In this document: positions 32,223 through 45,308 of the stretch, in pieces
Layout: each line of letters starts with the position of its first letter
Position numbering within the stretch: position 1 is the stretch's first letter
DNA from: Toensbergia leucococca
Taxonomy: Eukaryota
NCBI GenBank assembly: GCA_022813965.1
Contig: JALDZS010000149.1
Location: 1 to 60,379, forward strand
Direction: 5' to 3'
Length of the DNA: 60,379 nt
The notes under the pieces: model-generated
Seen by the model: the letters and a program-made list of their open reading frames with translations, nothing else
Database searches by the model: none
Told to the model about the DNA's origin: nothing
Program-made: the position numbers and the translations under genes

Positions 32223-34631
32223 TTACCCCAGCAAGATGACTTTCTGCTCAGGTTTCGCCTGCATGAAAGCATCCACATGTATCTTACCAACGCCAACCCG
32301 ATAAGCAACTTCTTCTTGCCGCTGTATCATCATCACGTTAAACAAACACCACGGCTTCTTGAGGTTATATCTTTGCCAATTGACCCCCGTATGAATTTGG
32401 GAGATATTTTGCACCTGGTCAGGAAAGGACTGGCGACTCTTGGGTACGTCCTCGAAATCTTGATAAGGCGCAGGAGGATTCTCAGCAAGAAGATCTTGAC
32501 CCGTGCGGGAAAGGCGCACGAATTCATGCGTTCCTGGCTGGACTGTCGAAGCGATCTCCTCGGAAAGATTGATCCGTCCAACCGCGTCGTCGAGTTCGTT
32601 ATGAATTTCTAGGAAGTATAGCCTGTATTGACCCGAAGGCCCTTCATATGTGGCAAAGGGTACGGGCTCTCCTTTGATCGAGAAGAAGGCAGTTAGAGCT
32701 AAAAATTGTAGTTGATGTGTACCATGCTTTAGTCGTGATCTGGGTCTTCGGCTGGCTTCTGGGGCGGTAGGATGAAGGAACCAGGTATCCGGCCTGGAAG
32801 CCTGGAAGAAGTAATATCTCATCTCTGATTTCTCGTCGTCTAGGAAGTAATTATGTGCTCGATGCCACGGTTCCTCCTTGTCGATATGGTCACCGGCAGC
32901 AGCACGATATTCATCACTTGTGAAATACTTTGGCGAGCTTGGATCTGCTAAAGCGTCGATCCATGTGATCCTTGAAAGGCTCTGCATATCATCAAACATA
33001 TCCTGGTGCTTGACTCCCCCTACCCACCCTGCCCAACTCCAGCTTGGGAATAGCGGTTGGGAAGTCCTCGGATCTTTTCGACGGCGTAATGAGCCATAGG
33101 GTTGCCATAGAATCGCCAGATCGAGTTCGGTCTCTGGTAGTCCAAATAGGAATTTTGTTTCCATTTGTTGATGTAAGAACATCAGGAGGCCTGTAAAAGC
33201 GTCTAGACCGTCGCTTTCATAGGACATATGACGTTGTGTATACCATTTTACAGCTGACCAATAAGAATCATAGCCAATACGTCGTTGCGGATTGAGGCCA
33301 TACAAGTCGGGAGTAGTGTAGGAGACTGGTGACTTTGCCGATGGCCCGCCCCATAGATCTAGGGCATTTGGATTTGCACGCGGGCGTTTTGGCGTTGTTT
33401 TGGGCTTGAAATCAGAACATGTACTCATGCCTTCTTCCCATCGGTAACCATGACAGCACTGAAAATAAGCTCGTTGCTCTGTGAAAATGAGCATTCGGCG
33501 AGCAAGTAATCTTTCCTGAAGAGTCCAAGCACGACCATTCCAAGTGGTAGCATCCACTCCCTCGGCCATCGAGGGAGGCTGGCCTACGAGGCTGATATCT
33601 TGAACTTTCTCAGCTTGCAGCTGCGAGCTGCCACGGGGTATTGTGACACCTGATAAGCCAATGGTAGCATCCTTGCCAGCAGCTGCCACAATAGTCAGTA
33701 AAGCAGAGGAATAGACACTGTCCATTGCAGCGAGTTGATTATGCTTATTCAGAGAGTCGTCATGGATAATGCACAAACTATCAACCCAAAGATAGCGCTC
33801 TTCAAGGTCAATCACTAGACTCATGGCGTCCTTTATGACCTGGGGTAAATGCTCATCCTGACTAGACAGGCCACCGTCTTTTTCTAATGCTTCGCAGAGA
33901 CCTTTTAGATTTCGAAGCTGTTGCACATTTCCCCAGACATACGACAATGCAAGATACCTCATATGCTTATTGGCCATGACAATGCATTGGCGCTTAACAT
34001 CGATTAAGCGGAATTCACTGTCACCAGGCGTTGCCCTCGTTTCTAAAGACCAGTGGCTCTCAATGTGACTTCCTTCACACAAACGAAGCCATCTTTGTGA
34101 CAGACTAACGTTGAATTGGGCTGAGATAGATTTGCCTTCACAAAGTGACCCAGAATTCAATGCTTGAGTCGATCCACTTCCACGAGCCGTCGATGTCTTC
34201 GGTTGACTTGAAACAGGGAGGACCTGCAGCATCGGATATTCAATAGGTCTTCCTTGCTCCAGCCCGGCAGAGTACGTGATGATTGACCTCAGCTCTAAAT
34301 GAATAGAGCTGATATTTTTGGTTGACTGTCCATCCACTTGGGGAATGACGGACCGGGCAGCCAGACTGCAAAAGGGGCAACTGGTGTTGGAGATAATTCT
34401 ACTCAGCGACCCCAACGACACGTTACTGGTGTCGAGCTTATTTGCATTTACTGCGTCGCTCAATAAAATCTTGAAATTGATCTGCCGACACACGAAGCAA
34501 AGATCGGAAGACGGGACTCCCTCCTGACTGTCGATCCACCACGATACCCGAGGATGTGCCTTCGCTTGCTCCTCAATCACTCCCTCTACCCAAGCAGGTC
34601 TCTTCTCTTCAGACAGTATGGATCGCTGCAT
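32223..34631 (-). CDS. HET-domain (heterokaryon incompatibility) protein, 802 aa, intronless
   Basis: RLIDVKRQCIV...YLALSYVWG...LPQVIKDAM...ERYLWVDSLCIIHDD...MDSVYSSALLTIVAAAG...WNGRAWTLQERLL...FPSWSWAGW, with N-terminal CxxC pairs. Confidence 0.93.
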   Translation of the reverse strand: MQRSILSEEKRPAWVEGVIEEQAKAHPRVSWWIDSQEGVPSSDLCFVCRQINFKILLSDAVNANKLDTSNVSLGSLSRIISNTSCPFCSLAARSVIPQVDGQSTKNISSIHLELRSIITYSAGLEQGRPIEYPMLQVLPVSSQPKTSTARGSGSTQALNSGSLCEGKSISAQFNVSLSQRWLRLCEGSHIESHWSLETRATPGDSEFRLIDVKRQCIVMANKHMRYLALSYVWGNVQQLRNLKGLCEALEKDGGLSSQDEHLPQVIKDAMSLVIDLEERYLWVDSLCIIHDDSLNKHNQLAAMDSVYSSALLTIVAAAGKDATIGLSGVTIPRGSSQLQAEKVQDISLVGQPPSMAEGVDATTWNGRAWTLQERLLARRMLIFTEQRAYFQCCHGYRWEEGMSTCSDFKPKTTPKRPRANPNALDLWGGPSAKSPVSYTTPDLYGLNPQRRIGYDSYWSAVKWYTQRHMSYESDGLDAFTGLLMFLHQQMETKFLFGLPETELDLAILWQPYGSLRRRKDPRTSQPLFPSWSWAGWVGGVKHQDMFDDMQSLSRITWIDALADPSSPKYFTSDEYRAAAGDHIDKEEPWHRAHNYFLDDEKSEMRYYFFQASRPDTWFLHPTAPEASRRPRSRLKHGTHQLQFLALTAFFSIKGEPVPFATYEGPSGQYRLYFLEIHNELDDAVGRINLSEEIASTVQPGTHEFVRLSRTGQDLLAENPPAPYQDFEDVPKSRQSFPDQVQNISQIHTGVNWQRYNLKKPWCLFNVMMIQRQEEVAYRVGVGKIHVDAFMQAKPEQKVILLG

Positions 34632-36569
34632 GATATCACAGGTCTCCCACAGACTTACAAAGAACTTTTTGTATGCATCAGGCTGCTATAGGTCTCAGAC
34701 CAATTAAAAGAGCAAAACCTAAGTCATCAGCCGTTCCATCTCAGAAGATAAGAGCTGGCAAAAGCAAAAAAATGGTAGTAAGATTCTATTTGTCAGCATC
34801 ATAGGGCTGAACTAAATGGACGGTTGAAAGTGATATCTCTTGAACTCGCAGAAGGGGGTTCAAATGGCCTACGGCTCGTGTGTTCGTAATGCTATTGATA
34901 TCCCAAGGTTACAAATTTGCGAAACACTGGGGCCTCTCCAGCTCTTGCTCTTCGTGGTGCTTATTTTCTTTCATTCACTAGGACATGAGTCCTGAGCACT
35001 TGGAGTAGTGCTCATCAACCTATACCAGGCCGATTCGAAAATCCAAAAGGCCCATTACGTACGTCGAGATACCAAAGTTGAAGAACGAGTCACAATACCT
35101 GTATCATCTGATATGACCTTAAAGATGCCAAACCGAATAAATAGGTAAGGTACCTTCCAGGTGGAAGCAGGTGTGGATGCTTGTTATCGATGAGGTCAAG
35201 CTGATGCAGCTCCCTAACTAGACGGATCCGTTTCTATCGAAAGGTGCTTGGTTATATAAATCATCGTAAGCATCTTCTCTAAAAGCCTGCAAGCGGATCA
35301 ATGTACCAATTCATCCAAATTCCTTCTCTTAATCTCTTCCATTGACTCCTTTTTCTTACTCTAAACATCGAATAATGCGAGTTGTTAAGAGTGGCTTTCT
35401 CAATCTTCAGGCATCAACATGGTATTACAGCAGTCTTGAGTGACCTGCTGAGACTTGAGGCGTCGCTGCTTCAACATCCTGATCTGGCTATGGCGTCAGC
35501 CCCAGCTTCAAATCTTAATTATGTGGTTGTAACCACAGGGCGTATGTATTGGTGCATTTTATCTCTTGTAATACTCGTACGTCTCTGATCTTAGAATAAT
35601 CATCCCCAGGAGAGCCAATCTCTGGTTATTGTTCAAAAGTCTTGTATTCTGTCCAAAATCAACTCATTCAAATAATGCGTACTGCATCCCTTGAATCGCA
35701 AGACCTTGAGGTCTAATGGTAGCTGATAAGCTTATTCTCAACAGGTCTGAGCCTTCATCTCAAATGATGTCTCGTTTGTTTTTTGATTGCATGGCACCTT
35801 TTTCGATTTAAGTCTACAAGGCGCTTCGTCTCGATGTTCCTCGCCAGTGTGAGAATAGCTCATTCGCATAATGGAGAAAGCTTCCCCTGATAGGCAAGAA
35901 ATGCAATGATTGCACAGCCTGGTAACAGTGGAGTTTGGCGAGTCAATTGACAACGAGAGTAACCAGGCTGTTTGTGTGACCGTTGCCCAAATTTTCAAGC
36001 AAGACCGCCGTCTCCTCTCCCATTGGTGACGTCTACGAGTACTGGGAGACTCGAGGCAAGACACCGTAGTAAGCAACATAGATATTCAACTTCTGTAGTA
36101 CCACAACTCGGCTACATAGTTACGATAGAATATCGTCCCTCATTGTGAGGATATGTGTATTATGAGGTCGAACGAAAGGCGAGGGTGGGAGTAACAGAAC
36201 CAGTAAGGTCGCCTCGGTACCTAGCCACTAGCCTATCTCTACCTAGTGGCCCCGCTACCCTAAGCCTTACGCACTTACGGTACCTTAAGGTTATCCTTGC
36301 TCGGCTTAATTTGGAGCTATCCTCAAAGAGGCAAGACTGCCGGAGAGACCTCGGCCGCAGCACCGCACCTGAGCAACACACGTCAGTGCTGCGCTGCCTG
36401 CGCGTCAATCCATGATTTGTGCATCGTCTCTCAGTCATTACCACAACGCTCTTATTACAACTGTTGCCTGTGCCATCAACCTTCACAGACATATATTTTC
36501 CGTCAGCGGTGTAAACAAAGCCGTCTACTATCTCTGCTGGGCGTCTCGCCCTAGCTCAAATCACGGAAC

Positions 36570-39500
36570 ATGGCAATTACGCATCTCAAACTGCTGCTGG
36601 TCATAGTCAGCATTCTTTATTCGCTAGGCATCGTCAATGCTACGACTAATAATGAGAGTCCCTGGACTATCAAGCATGAAAAGGGTACATGTGCATTGAG
36701 AGGCCAGTGTGGAAAAGAGTCATTCTTTGGTGGCGAACTACCCTGCCCGGACAACGGCCCAGCTCAAGAGCCCGATACTGACACAAGAAAAAAGCTTGTT
36801 GGGATATGTGGTGAAAAGTGGAGTGAAGGTGGCATTTGCTGTGAGGATGATCAACTGGATGCTCTAAGTAGCAATCTCAAACGTGCCGAATCCATCATCT
36901 CCGGTTGCCCCGCATGCAAAGAGAACTTCTTCAATCTTTTCTGCACCTTTACCTGCTCCCCAGACCAGTCTCTCTTTGTCAATGTGACCGCCATTGCGCA
37001 ATCGTCGTCGAAGAAGCCGATAGTGACCGAGTTGGACAACATTTGGTCTGACAACTATGGAAGTGGTTTCTACGAAAGCTGCAAGGACGTCCAATTCAGT
37101 GGGACCAAAGCAATGGATTTCATCGGCGGGGGAGCCAAGAACTTCACTGGTTTCCTAAAGTTTTTAGGAGATAAAAAGTTCCTAGGAAGTCCGTTTCAGA
37201 TCAATTTCCCACGCCCGGCAGGACGGGAGAATGATGGTATGGAAGCGATGGACCAAGAGCCAAAAGCTTGCAACAGCACTGACGAGGCATACCGATGTTC
37301 ATGCGTTGATTGTACCTCCACATGTCCTGAGTTGCCAGTAATTACAGAGCAGGAGTACTGTCATGTCGGAACTTTGCCATGTCTTTCGTTTGCTGTGATC
37401 CTCATATACTGTGTCTTCCTGCTTCTGCTGGTAACCGCAGTTTCTGGGCATATTGCATATCAGAACCACAGCCAACGGAGGAGTGAAAGGTTACAGCTTC
37501 TACAAGATGCTGCCCCTAGCGACGACGATGATGAAGGAGATGTGGTACACAACGCTGGTATTCTGGATCGAGCGCAGAGAAATTACCGTTTAAATACCAT
37601 ATGTGACAGGGCATTCAGTGCTTTGGGAAGGACATGGGCCATGTTTCCATTGATCACCATAAGCATGAGTATTATCATTGTTGGACTACTCAGTCTGGGC
37701 TGGATGAACTTCGCAATCGAGACTAGTCCCGAGCGATTGTGGGTCAGTCCGTCTTCTGCAGCTGCTGAAGAGAAAGCTTTCTTCGACTCGAACTTTGGAC
37801 CTTTCTATCGCGCAGAACAATCCTTCTTGATCAACGATACCCAAGCGTCAGGTCCAGGTCCCGTATTGAGCTACGATACACTAGCTTGGTGGTTTGACGT
37901 CGAGAATAGAGCTAAGCGTCTTATCTCTCTCCATGAGGAGGTGACTCTCAACGACGTTTGTTTCAAACCCACCGGGACAGCCTGTGTGGTCCAGTCGCTG
38001 ACTGGGTACTTCGGAGGGTCTTTCGCGAACGTGAACCCGAATACGTGGCAGAAAGATCTCAAACGCTGCACTGAGTCACCCGTCGATTGCCTACCAGATT
38101 TCCAGCTCCCACTCCAGGAGAATATCATATTAGGTGGGTGGCAAGAAAGTGGAGATATACTAGACTCGCAAGCTCTGATAACAACGTGGGTCGTAAACAA
38201 CTATGCTGAAGGTACAAAGGAAGAAGCTCGTGCGATGGACTGGGAAGAGAGTCTTAAGAACCTGCTACGGTCTGCGCAGGAAGAAGCCAAGGAGAAGGGT
38301 CTCAGGCTGTCCTTCTCGACCGAGGTCAGTCTCGAACAAGAACTGAACAAATCTACGAGTACAGATGCAAAGATTGTAGTTATTAGCTATATCATAATGT
38401 TCATATACGCCTCGCTGGCACTGGGGTCAGTAACCATATCGGCAAGGACACTGCTGAACAATCCCTCGACTGCTTTGGTGCAATCCAAGTTCACTCTCGG
38501 GGTCATCGGGATTTTGATCGTCTTGATGTCAGTATCTGCCTCTGTCGGATTGTTCTCAGCTGCCGGGATCAAAGTCACTCTTATCATTGCAGAGGTAATA
38601 CCGTTCATTGTGTTGGCCGTCGGAGTGGACAACATTTTCCTGATTGTGCACGAGTTCGAAAGAGTCAACATCAGCCATCCAGATGAAGCCGTGGAGACTC
38701 GAATTGCCAAAGCACTCGGTAGAATAGGACCGAGTATACTTCTGTCGGCTTTGACCGAGACCATTGCCTTTGCTTTGGGTGCCTTTGTTGGCATGCCGGC
38801 AGTTAGAAATTTCGCAATATATGCGACTGGAGCCGTGTTCATCAACGCTCTGCTTCAAGTCACCATGTTCATCTCGGTACTTGCTCTGAACCAAAGAAGG
38901 GTAGAGAGTGGTCGGGCAGACTGCTTCCCATTCATCCAAGTCCAAGGAGCAGACACAGTAAATTCACGAGGAGGCTACGTCTCTGGGCATGAGGGTCCGC
39001 TGCAGATATTCATCCGCAAGATATATGCTCCTGCTCTTCTTGGCCGGAAAGTCAAGATGGCGGTAGTAATTGGTTTTCTAGGGCTGTTCACAGCTGGATT
39101 GGCACTGATACCAGAAGTCTCCCTCGGCTTGGATCAAAGGATTGCAATACCGAGCGATTCCTATTTGATACCATATTTCAACGATCTATACGCATACCTA
39201 GACACTGGCCCACCTGTATATTTTGTCACCCGTGATCTCAATGTCACGCAACGCGAACATCAGCAGCAACTGTGCGGGCGCTTCACGACCTGTGATACCT
39301 TCTCCGTTGCTAATGTCCTGGAACAAGAGTCTAAACGCCCCAACGTATCTTTTATCTCCGACTCGGCCGCCAGCTGGATCGACGATTACTTCACATGGCT
39401 AAATCCTACGTTCGAAGATTGTTGCAAAGAAAATGGTCATGTCTGCTTTGATGGCAGAAGCCCACCTTGGAATGCGACGCTGTTCGGCATGCCAGAAGGC

Positions 39501-40479
39501 CACGATTTCATACATTACATCTCCAAATGGCTTGATTCTCCCACAAATGAAGCCTGCCCTCTCGGTGGTCAAGCTCAGTACAACACCGCCCTGGTGATCG
39601 ATACTAACCACTCTACCATCCCAGCCTCTCACTTTCGCACGGCCCACACCCCTCTCCGGAGTCAATCAGACTTCATAAATGCCTACGCTTCTGCTCGGCG
39701 CATTGCTGACGGCCTGAGCACCACGCACTCGCTCTCTGTTTTCCCTTATTCCAAATTTTACATATTCTTCGACCAATACAGCACCATCATCGGCCAAACC
39801 GCAACGCTCCTCTCCGCCGCCCTCCTCATCATTCTCGTTCTAACGTCCATCCTTCTTGGCTCCCTCGCTACAGGCCTCGTAGTAACATTAACAGTCCTCA
39901 TGATCCTCGTCTCAATTCTCGGCACTATGGCTCTGGCCCAAATCTCTTTAAACGCCATTTCCCTCGTCAACTTGACCATCAGCGTCGGCATCGGTGTCGA
40001 ATTCTGCGTGCACATTGCTCGTGCCTTTATGTTTCCAAGCGGTAGCGTGATGGAGAAGGTGCCACGGAATCGCTTCAGGGGCAGGGATGCACGGGCCTGG
40101 TCCGCGTTGGTCAATGTAGGGGGAAGTGTCTTTAGTGGCATCACTATTACAAAGTTGCTCGGTGTGTGCGTGCTGGCATTTACACGGAGTAAGATCTTTG
40201 AGGTGTATTACTTCAGGATCTGGTTAGCGCTGGTGGTATTTGCTGCTCTACACGCGTTGGTGTTCTTGCCGGTGGCGCTGAGTCTTGTGGGGGGTGAAGG
40301 TCAGTTTTGCAGATCTCCATTTTTTTGTTTCTTCAGGGTGTTTTCTGTGGGAGAACGTTCCCTAGCTGACATTACTAGGCTATGTCGACCCCGAATCCGA
40401 CGGCAGCTTGGAGGAGGATCTAGCAGCCAGGCGGTACAGAGCCCTTCTTCCCGACGACGACTATGACTCGGAGGATTAA
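36570..40479 (+). CDS. NCR1: Niemann-Pick C1-like sterol transporter; terminal intron 40300-40378
   Basis: Signal peptide, Cys-rich N-terminal domain (CALRGQCG...CPACKENFFNLFCTFTCSPDQSLF) and sterol-sensing domain (EVIPFIVLAVGVDNIFLIV). Also GPPVYFV, GIGVEFCVHIARAF and GSVFSGITITK. The spliced tail is GYVDPESDGSLEEDLAARRYRALLPDDDYDSED*. Confidence 0.96.
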
Positions 40480-41724
40480 GTTTTTGAGAGATGAGCTGTT
40501 TTTTGTAGAAATGGAGATTGGAAAAGTGGTTACTTGCCGAGGCGCTGGGTGGGGGATATTATTTGCATACCTATCTGCGGATCTTTTGCATGGCTGGGAA
40601 TGGCGTGGTGTTGGATCTATGCATGACGAGGCTTGTATGTGTTTTCTTTTGCGGGCTTCTTGAGGGTGTTGGGGGGACTTTTAGTAGAGTAGGTAGGATA
40701 CCTAGTCACATTGCACTGATTCATATAGAATACGTTTGCTCAGCCCCCCCCCCCACAAAAATCAAAACCTGAAACATTGAGAAATATATAACTTCATGCT
40801 CACTACTGCAACTGCCTTGTCAATCTAACAAGCAAGATCTTTAAATCACGCGGTTTTTTTTAAAAAAAAATTTTGATGAAAGATTTCACAGCTTCATTCT
40901 GTTTGCATGAATCCTTTGCTTGAATCAGAGAGGAGATCTCATTTGTTTTACTTATTTAATTTTTTTTTGTTTTTTCTTTTTTTGAAGGGGGGTGTGAGAT
41001 GAGAGTTTCTCTGATGATGAGTGTGGAGTTCTTATAATCAAACCTTTCATACAAGAAAATCATCAACATTTCTAAACATTTATTGTCAAGAAAATAATGA
41101 TTTTTTCTTTTTTTTTTCTCAATTTCCTTTAAGATCACTGAGAGGGTAAGGGGTGTGTGCATATCCTCTTCTTATTCAGCCCCTCCCTTCAGCAAAAAAA
41201 TCAAACTTTTCTCATTCAAAAATTTTCTCTAAAACCCCCCTCCCTCCTTTCCCCCCCTCACACACACACCTCAAAAGAAACCTGCAAATTCTAAAGTTAC
41301 ACAAGAAAAACTCACACCTCCCCCTTTCTCAAAAGAACATAAAGAAACACATGAATAAAAACCCCCAAGCCTTTCACAGCAATACACATCATTATCAACC
41401 TGATATTTGGCAGAGAAAATTGTGAAAAGTAGCGGTACAAAAACTTCTTTTCTTGAGAAATAACAAGAAGTTTCCCTCTGGTCAGTTCCCCTCCCGCCAC
41501 TAGCTTCTTTGACAACTACTACCTACCTAAGGCAACTAAAAAAAGGTTTTTCCTCTAGTTATCTAAATGATTTCCCGTGGAGCGCAAAGGAAAAAATGTG
41601 ATAGACAGAGAGGAAAGGAGAGATTTTCAGCGCCATTTGTGGGAACCGTTGGATATCTTTCCCAGAAAAAGTTTCATGTCAGTTGAACGCTTTGACGTGA
41701 CAAAACCACAGAACAGTCCATGGA

Positions 41725-44180
41725 TCAAGAGTCTCCAGCAGAGGCTACAGGAGTTGCCTGAGCGGGCGCAGAAGCTGCTGGCGTGGAAGAACTCTCTTCT
41801 CCGCCAGAGGCCTTGTTGTTAAAACTGCCTCTCCCACCTCCACGTCCTCCCCGTGGGCCGCGCTCGCCACCTCGGCCTCTACCACGACCGGTGAATCCAC
41901 CACGGCCACGAGTTCCTTCGCTATCACTAGCTCCGCTTTGACTCTGATATCCACCACGCTGACCAGAGCTCGTTCCTCCGCGATTGCTCCCTTGCCACGC
42001 CCCGGCTCCCTGCCCACCCTGGCTATCCCGTTGAAAACCAGGTCGTGGTCCACGCTCGTCGAAAAATTTCACGTTTGCCTTGCGTGCTCCACCTTGAGCT
42101 GGTGGACCACTACCTCTCTTATGTTCGATTGGTTGACGCTCAAGCGCACTACGAGCTTCTTCGTGGGTGGTGAAGTGGACGACATGGTTTGTCTTACCAT
42201 GCTTTTCAACTCGCAGGATCTTACTTCTGTCTTCCTCGGGAAAGATATCCTTTACAGCTTGTTCGCTCTCTAAATTGTGAATAAACAGAGCTGTACTCGG
42301 TTTTCTCTCTGCGGCAGGTGAAGCTGGCTTTGCAGCTGATTGTCCAGTAGAATTATCATTTGAGGTCGTACCGTTGCGAACCTCAGGAGCGGGAGCCGGT
42401 GTGGCCGGCTTGTCTGATGTAGATGCTGCAGGTGTACTTGCATTAGCCGCAGCGGGCTGCGGCGTAGCAGGCTTCACTTGACTTGGGACGGTAGAAGCAG
42501 GTGAAGGACCAGAACGTGATGGGCCAGTAGGAACCTTTTCCTGCTGAGCCGGTGCTTGTTGCTTAGGAGGCGCAGGCGCCGGCGCTGCCGGAGGTTGAGC
42601 AGTGTAGGGAGGTGGTGGTTGGCTCCTTGGTTGTGGGTTGGGGTGCTGATTCTGATTGAATTGCTGACTTGATTGAGTCGAAGGAGCAACCGGTGCACGG
42701 TTCTGCGCTGACCCTACTGGAGCTGAAGGAGCGGCCATGTTGCTACCACCTTGCATCATTGATTGGGCTGGGCCCCCTGGAGTAGGAGTCTGAACAGGCT
42801 GCGCCATGCTCGGCTTACCACCGCCAGTGCCTCGATGAGCAAAATTGAAACCTTGGGCTCTCATCTCAGTACCTATTCTCCCAGCGTCGATCTCCAGTAC
42901 CAAGTATCCAAATGCGGCATCCGCTAAGTTGAAGTTCCACATGTTTTTAAAGGCACTCTCATCGACCTGTCCGCCTGCGCCTGGCCCGGGAACAGCTCCT
43001 CCGAATGGATTTCCTCCATTCGCCACTGTGGGCATTTTTGATACGATATCCAGGGCATTGGTGAGAAGCGTTTGCTGAGCATCATTGGAGGATACAGCTG
43101 GTTCAACTTCACTCTTGACCGTTTCCCACACATCATTGAACGAAGCCTTTGACGCAGCAAGCTTGCCACGGTAATGATCTAAAGTTGGATTGACACTGAA
43201 CTCGTTATAGGAGCTACCGTATCGGAAATGGAGTCCAGCAGAAATAGAGAAATCCGCCTTCAAAGTGACAGAAAGCTGATTGAGTAAACCTTCTCGGGCG
43301 GGCGAAGCATGTGTTACAAAAACTCTGGTTTCCGTTGGATCGTACACACGATTGGCTGTATCGACAAGCTCACCCATCTGAAGGAGAGTGGTCCACATCG
43401 TTCCTGCACCTCCAGCAATTGTTGTTCTACCCTCCCCGTTGTCAAAGAGCTTGTGCATGACCACGGCACCGCCCAATCCAAGAAGTCGGAGCTTCACTCC
43501 GCCGACGTCCAAAAGTCTTGAATTGGCCTCATCGAGGATGTGCAGCTTGTCAACCTTGTATTCTCCTGAGCGAAACTTTTCCAGAACGCGCACATCTTCG
43601 CACGCACCCCAGACAGTATAAACCGGAACATCAAGGGTATATTGCTTGCTAATGAACATGGACAGTTCTGAAAGTGCCAGTTGATCAGGTGGAAAGCGTT
43701 GCTTGATATTAGGTTGTTGAGAATGTGAAGCCTGGATGGCGCGCTTCGTAGGCTCAGACAGAAGTGGCGAGTATTGTGCAACGTGCTTCAAGGTCCTACA
43801 ATATATGTTAATGCCACAATCCGTGAGAGGGGCCCATTGATCAATGAGATTTGGAGCAAGTACTTATCCGCAATCCGATCCAAGGAGCTCTCATCGTAAA
43901 ACCCAAAGTCTCCAGTATGTATGATGTAGTCCGCGCGAGCTTGTTTCGCTAGATCGTTCAATGACTTAAGATTACCTAAAAAGCAAGTGAAAGTCAGCAT
44001 AAAGGGTCTGCTGTCTGGTGTAAGAGAAGAGGAGAAGAGGCATGACATACCACGGACGTCTGCCACGCAAAGAATGCGTACACCTCCACTCTGAATCACG
44101 CGACCGTTGCTTGGTAGAAAATTTGATCCAGCGCCACTGGGTGCAGCTAGTCCAGGAGCACCAGTTGCCCCATTTGGCAT
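41725..44180 (-). CDS. DUF2433-type calcineurin-like metallophosphoesterase-fold protein with a Pro/Gln-rich linker, RRM-like segment and RGG tail; three exons
   Basis: RILCVADVRG, IIHTGDFGFYD, VWGACED, FVTHASP and SAGLHFRYGSSYNEFSVNP. The C-terminus has ALFIHNL...HVVHFTTHEEARSAL and RGRGG repeats. Confidence 0.8.
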
Positions 44181-44777
44181 GTAGCTGCCCTGGCTGTAGG
44201 AAGCGTTCGGACGCGGCTGTAGTAATGGTCAGGTCCAATAGCATGGCTGTTTCTCCGACTATGCACGGGGTGCTTGAAATGCCTGAATCAGGAGGGCAGA
44301 ACTTACAGAAGCCATTAGAAAATGTAAACGGGGGGTTGGTGATTGTGAAGATTCTATGACAAGTCGGCCACTAGATGAAACACAAGGGTATAGTAAGAGA
44401 CGGCGAAAGATGAGCAGTGGTTGTAGTAGGAGAAAGAGAGTGAGAGATGGGTACAGAGCTTGTGGGTGTAAATGAGGTTCGAATGTCAACTGAGCCAAGA
44501 AGAAAGTGAACTCATCACGCTAAACTGTGTTAGCGCCAGGGCGAACCCCGATACGGTCTAGTCTACTTTCGGCATCAACAAAGTCGCCGCCCGAAAGGTC
44601 TTTATCTCTGTGTGACGGAGATGCCTCACGTTCCCATCTGGAGCATGGATATCCAGCTTCAAAGCATTTTACTTCAACTTTACATCTGCAGATCATCTAT
44701 GTGGAGACGCAGTGTAATTTTTTCATACTCACGTTCGCCGTCGATATTGACCTATCAGGCATGAGAGCATTAACCCC

Positions 44778-45308
44778 TTAGTCCCTCATCCTTCCCACTT
44801 CTCCCTCTCCCGCCCTCCTCATAAATACCAAGCCCCTCTCCCCCTGCTCCAATCTCTTCATCCCCATCTCTCTCTCATAGAATTCCTCCTTCTTCCCCTC
44901 CCCCGTAAACAAATGCGCCCCCCTCAAATCTCCCATCGCCTTCAACACCTCATCCACGCACGCAATCAACCACTTTCCTAGCCCCTTCCCTTGTTCTTCG
45001 GGCACAACATACACATCGGTCAAATACGCAAACGTGGTATAGTCGGTGATGATCCTCGCTAACCCGATTTGCTCGGGCTTAGGAGGTGTGGCAAGACCGA
45101 CAGCGCCAGTGGTGGAGACTTCATCAAGGTAGAGACCTAGATTGAAGGAATTGTCGAGGCAAGTGCGGAGGGTGGGGAGGGGGAGAGGCTTGCACCAGTA
45201 CATAGCATCTGAGGCAAAGGCCGCCGAGATCGAGGTGAGGGAGAGAAGGGAGCGGTCAGACGATATGAGGTAGCGCTCCCGAGTGCGGGCAAATGGTTTG
45301 GTGGTCAT
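44778..45308 (-). CDS. GNAT-family acetyltransferase, intronless
   Basis: YLISSDRSLL...MYWCKPLP...QIGLARIITDYTTFAYLTDVYVVPEEQGKGLGKWLI...FYEREMG. The first ATG is at 45308. Confidence 0.88.
   Translation of the reverse strand: MTTKPFARTRERYLISSDRSLLSLTSISAAFASDAMYWCKPLPLPTLRTCLDNSFNLGLYLDEVSTTGAVGLATPPKPEQIGLARIITDYTTFAYLTDVYVVPEEQGKGLGKWLIACVDEVLKAMGDLRGAHLFTGEGKKEEFYEREMGMKRLEQGERGLVFMRRAGEGEVGRMRD

Noticed and set aside
35380..36560. Several 64-113 aa ORFs between the HET gene and NCR1
   Set aside because: They have no recognisable motifs and overlap on both strands with mostly non-ATG starts. Treated as intergenic/promoter DNA.
36851..40144. Antisense ORFs inside NCR1 (and similar ones inside UFD4, MET22, ALT1 and GPI16)
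   Set aside because: These are shadow frames of strongly coding sequence with no independent evidence.
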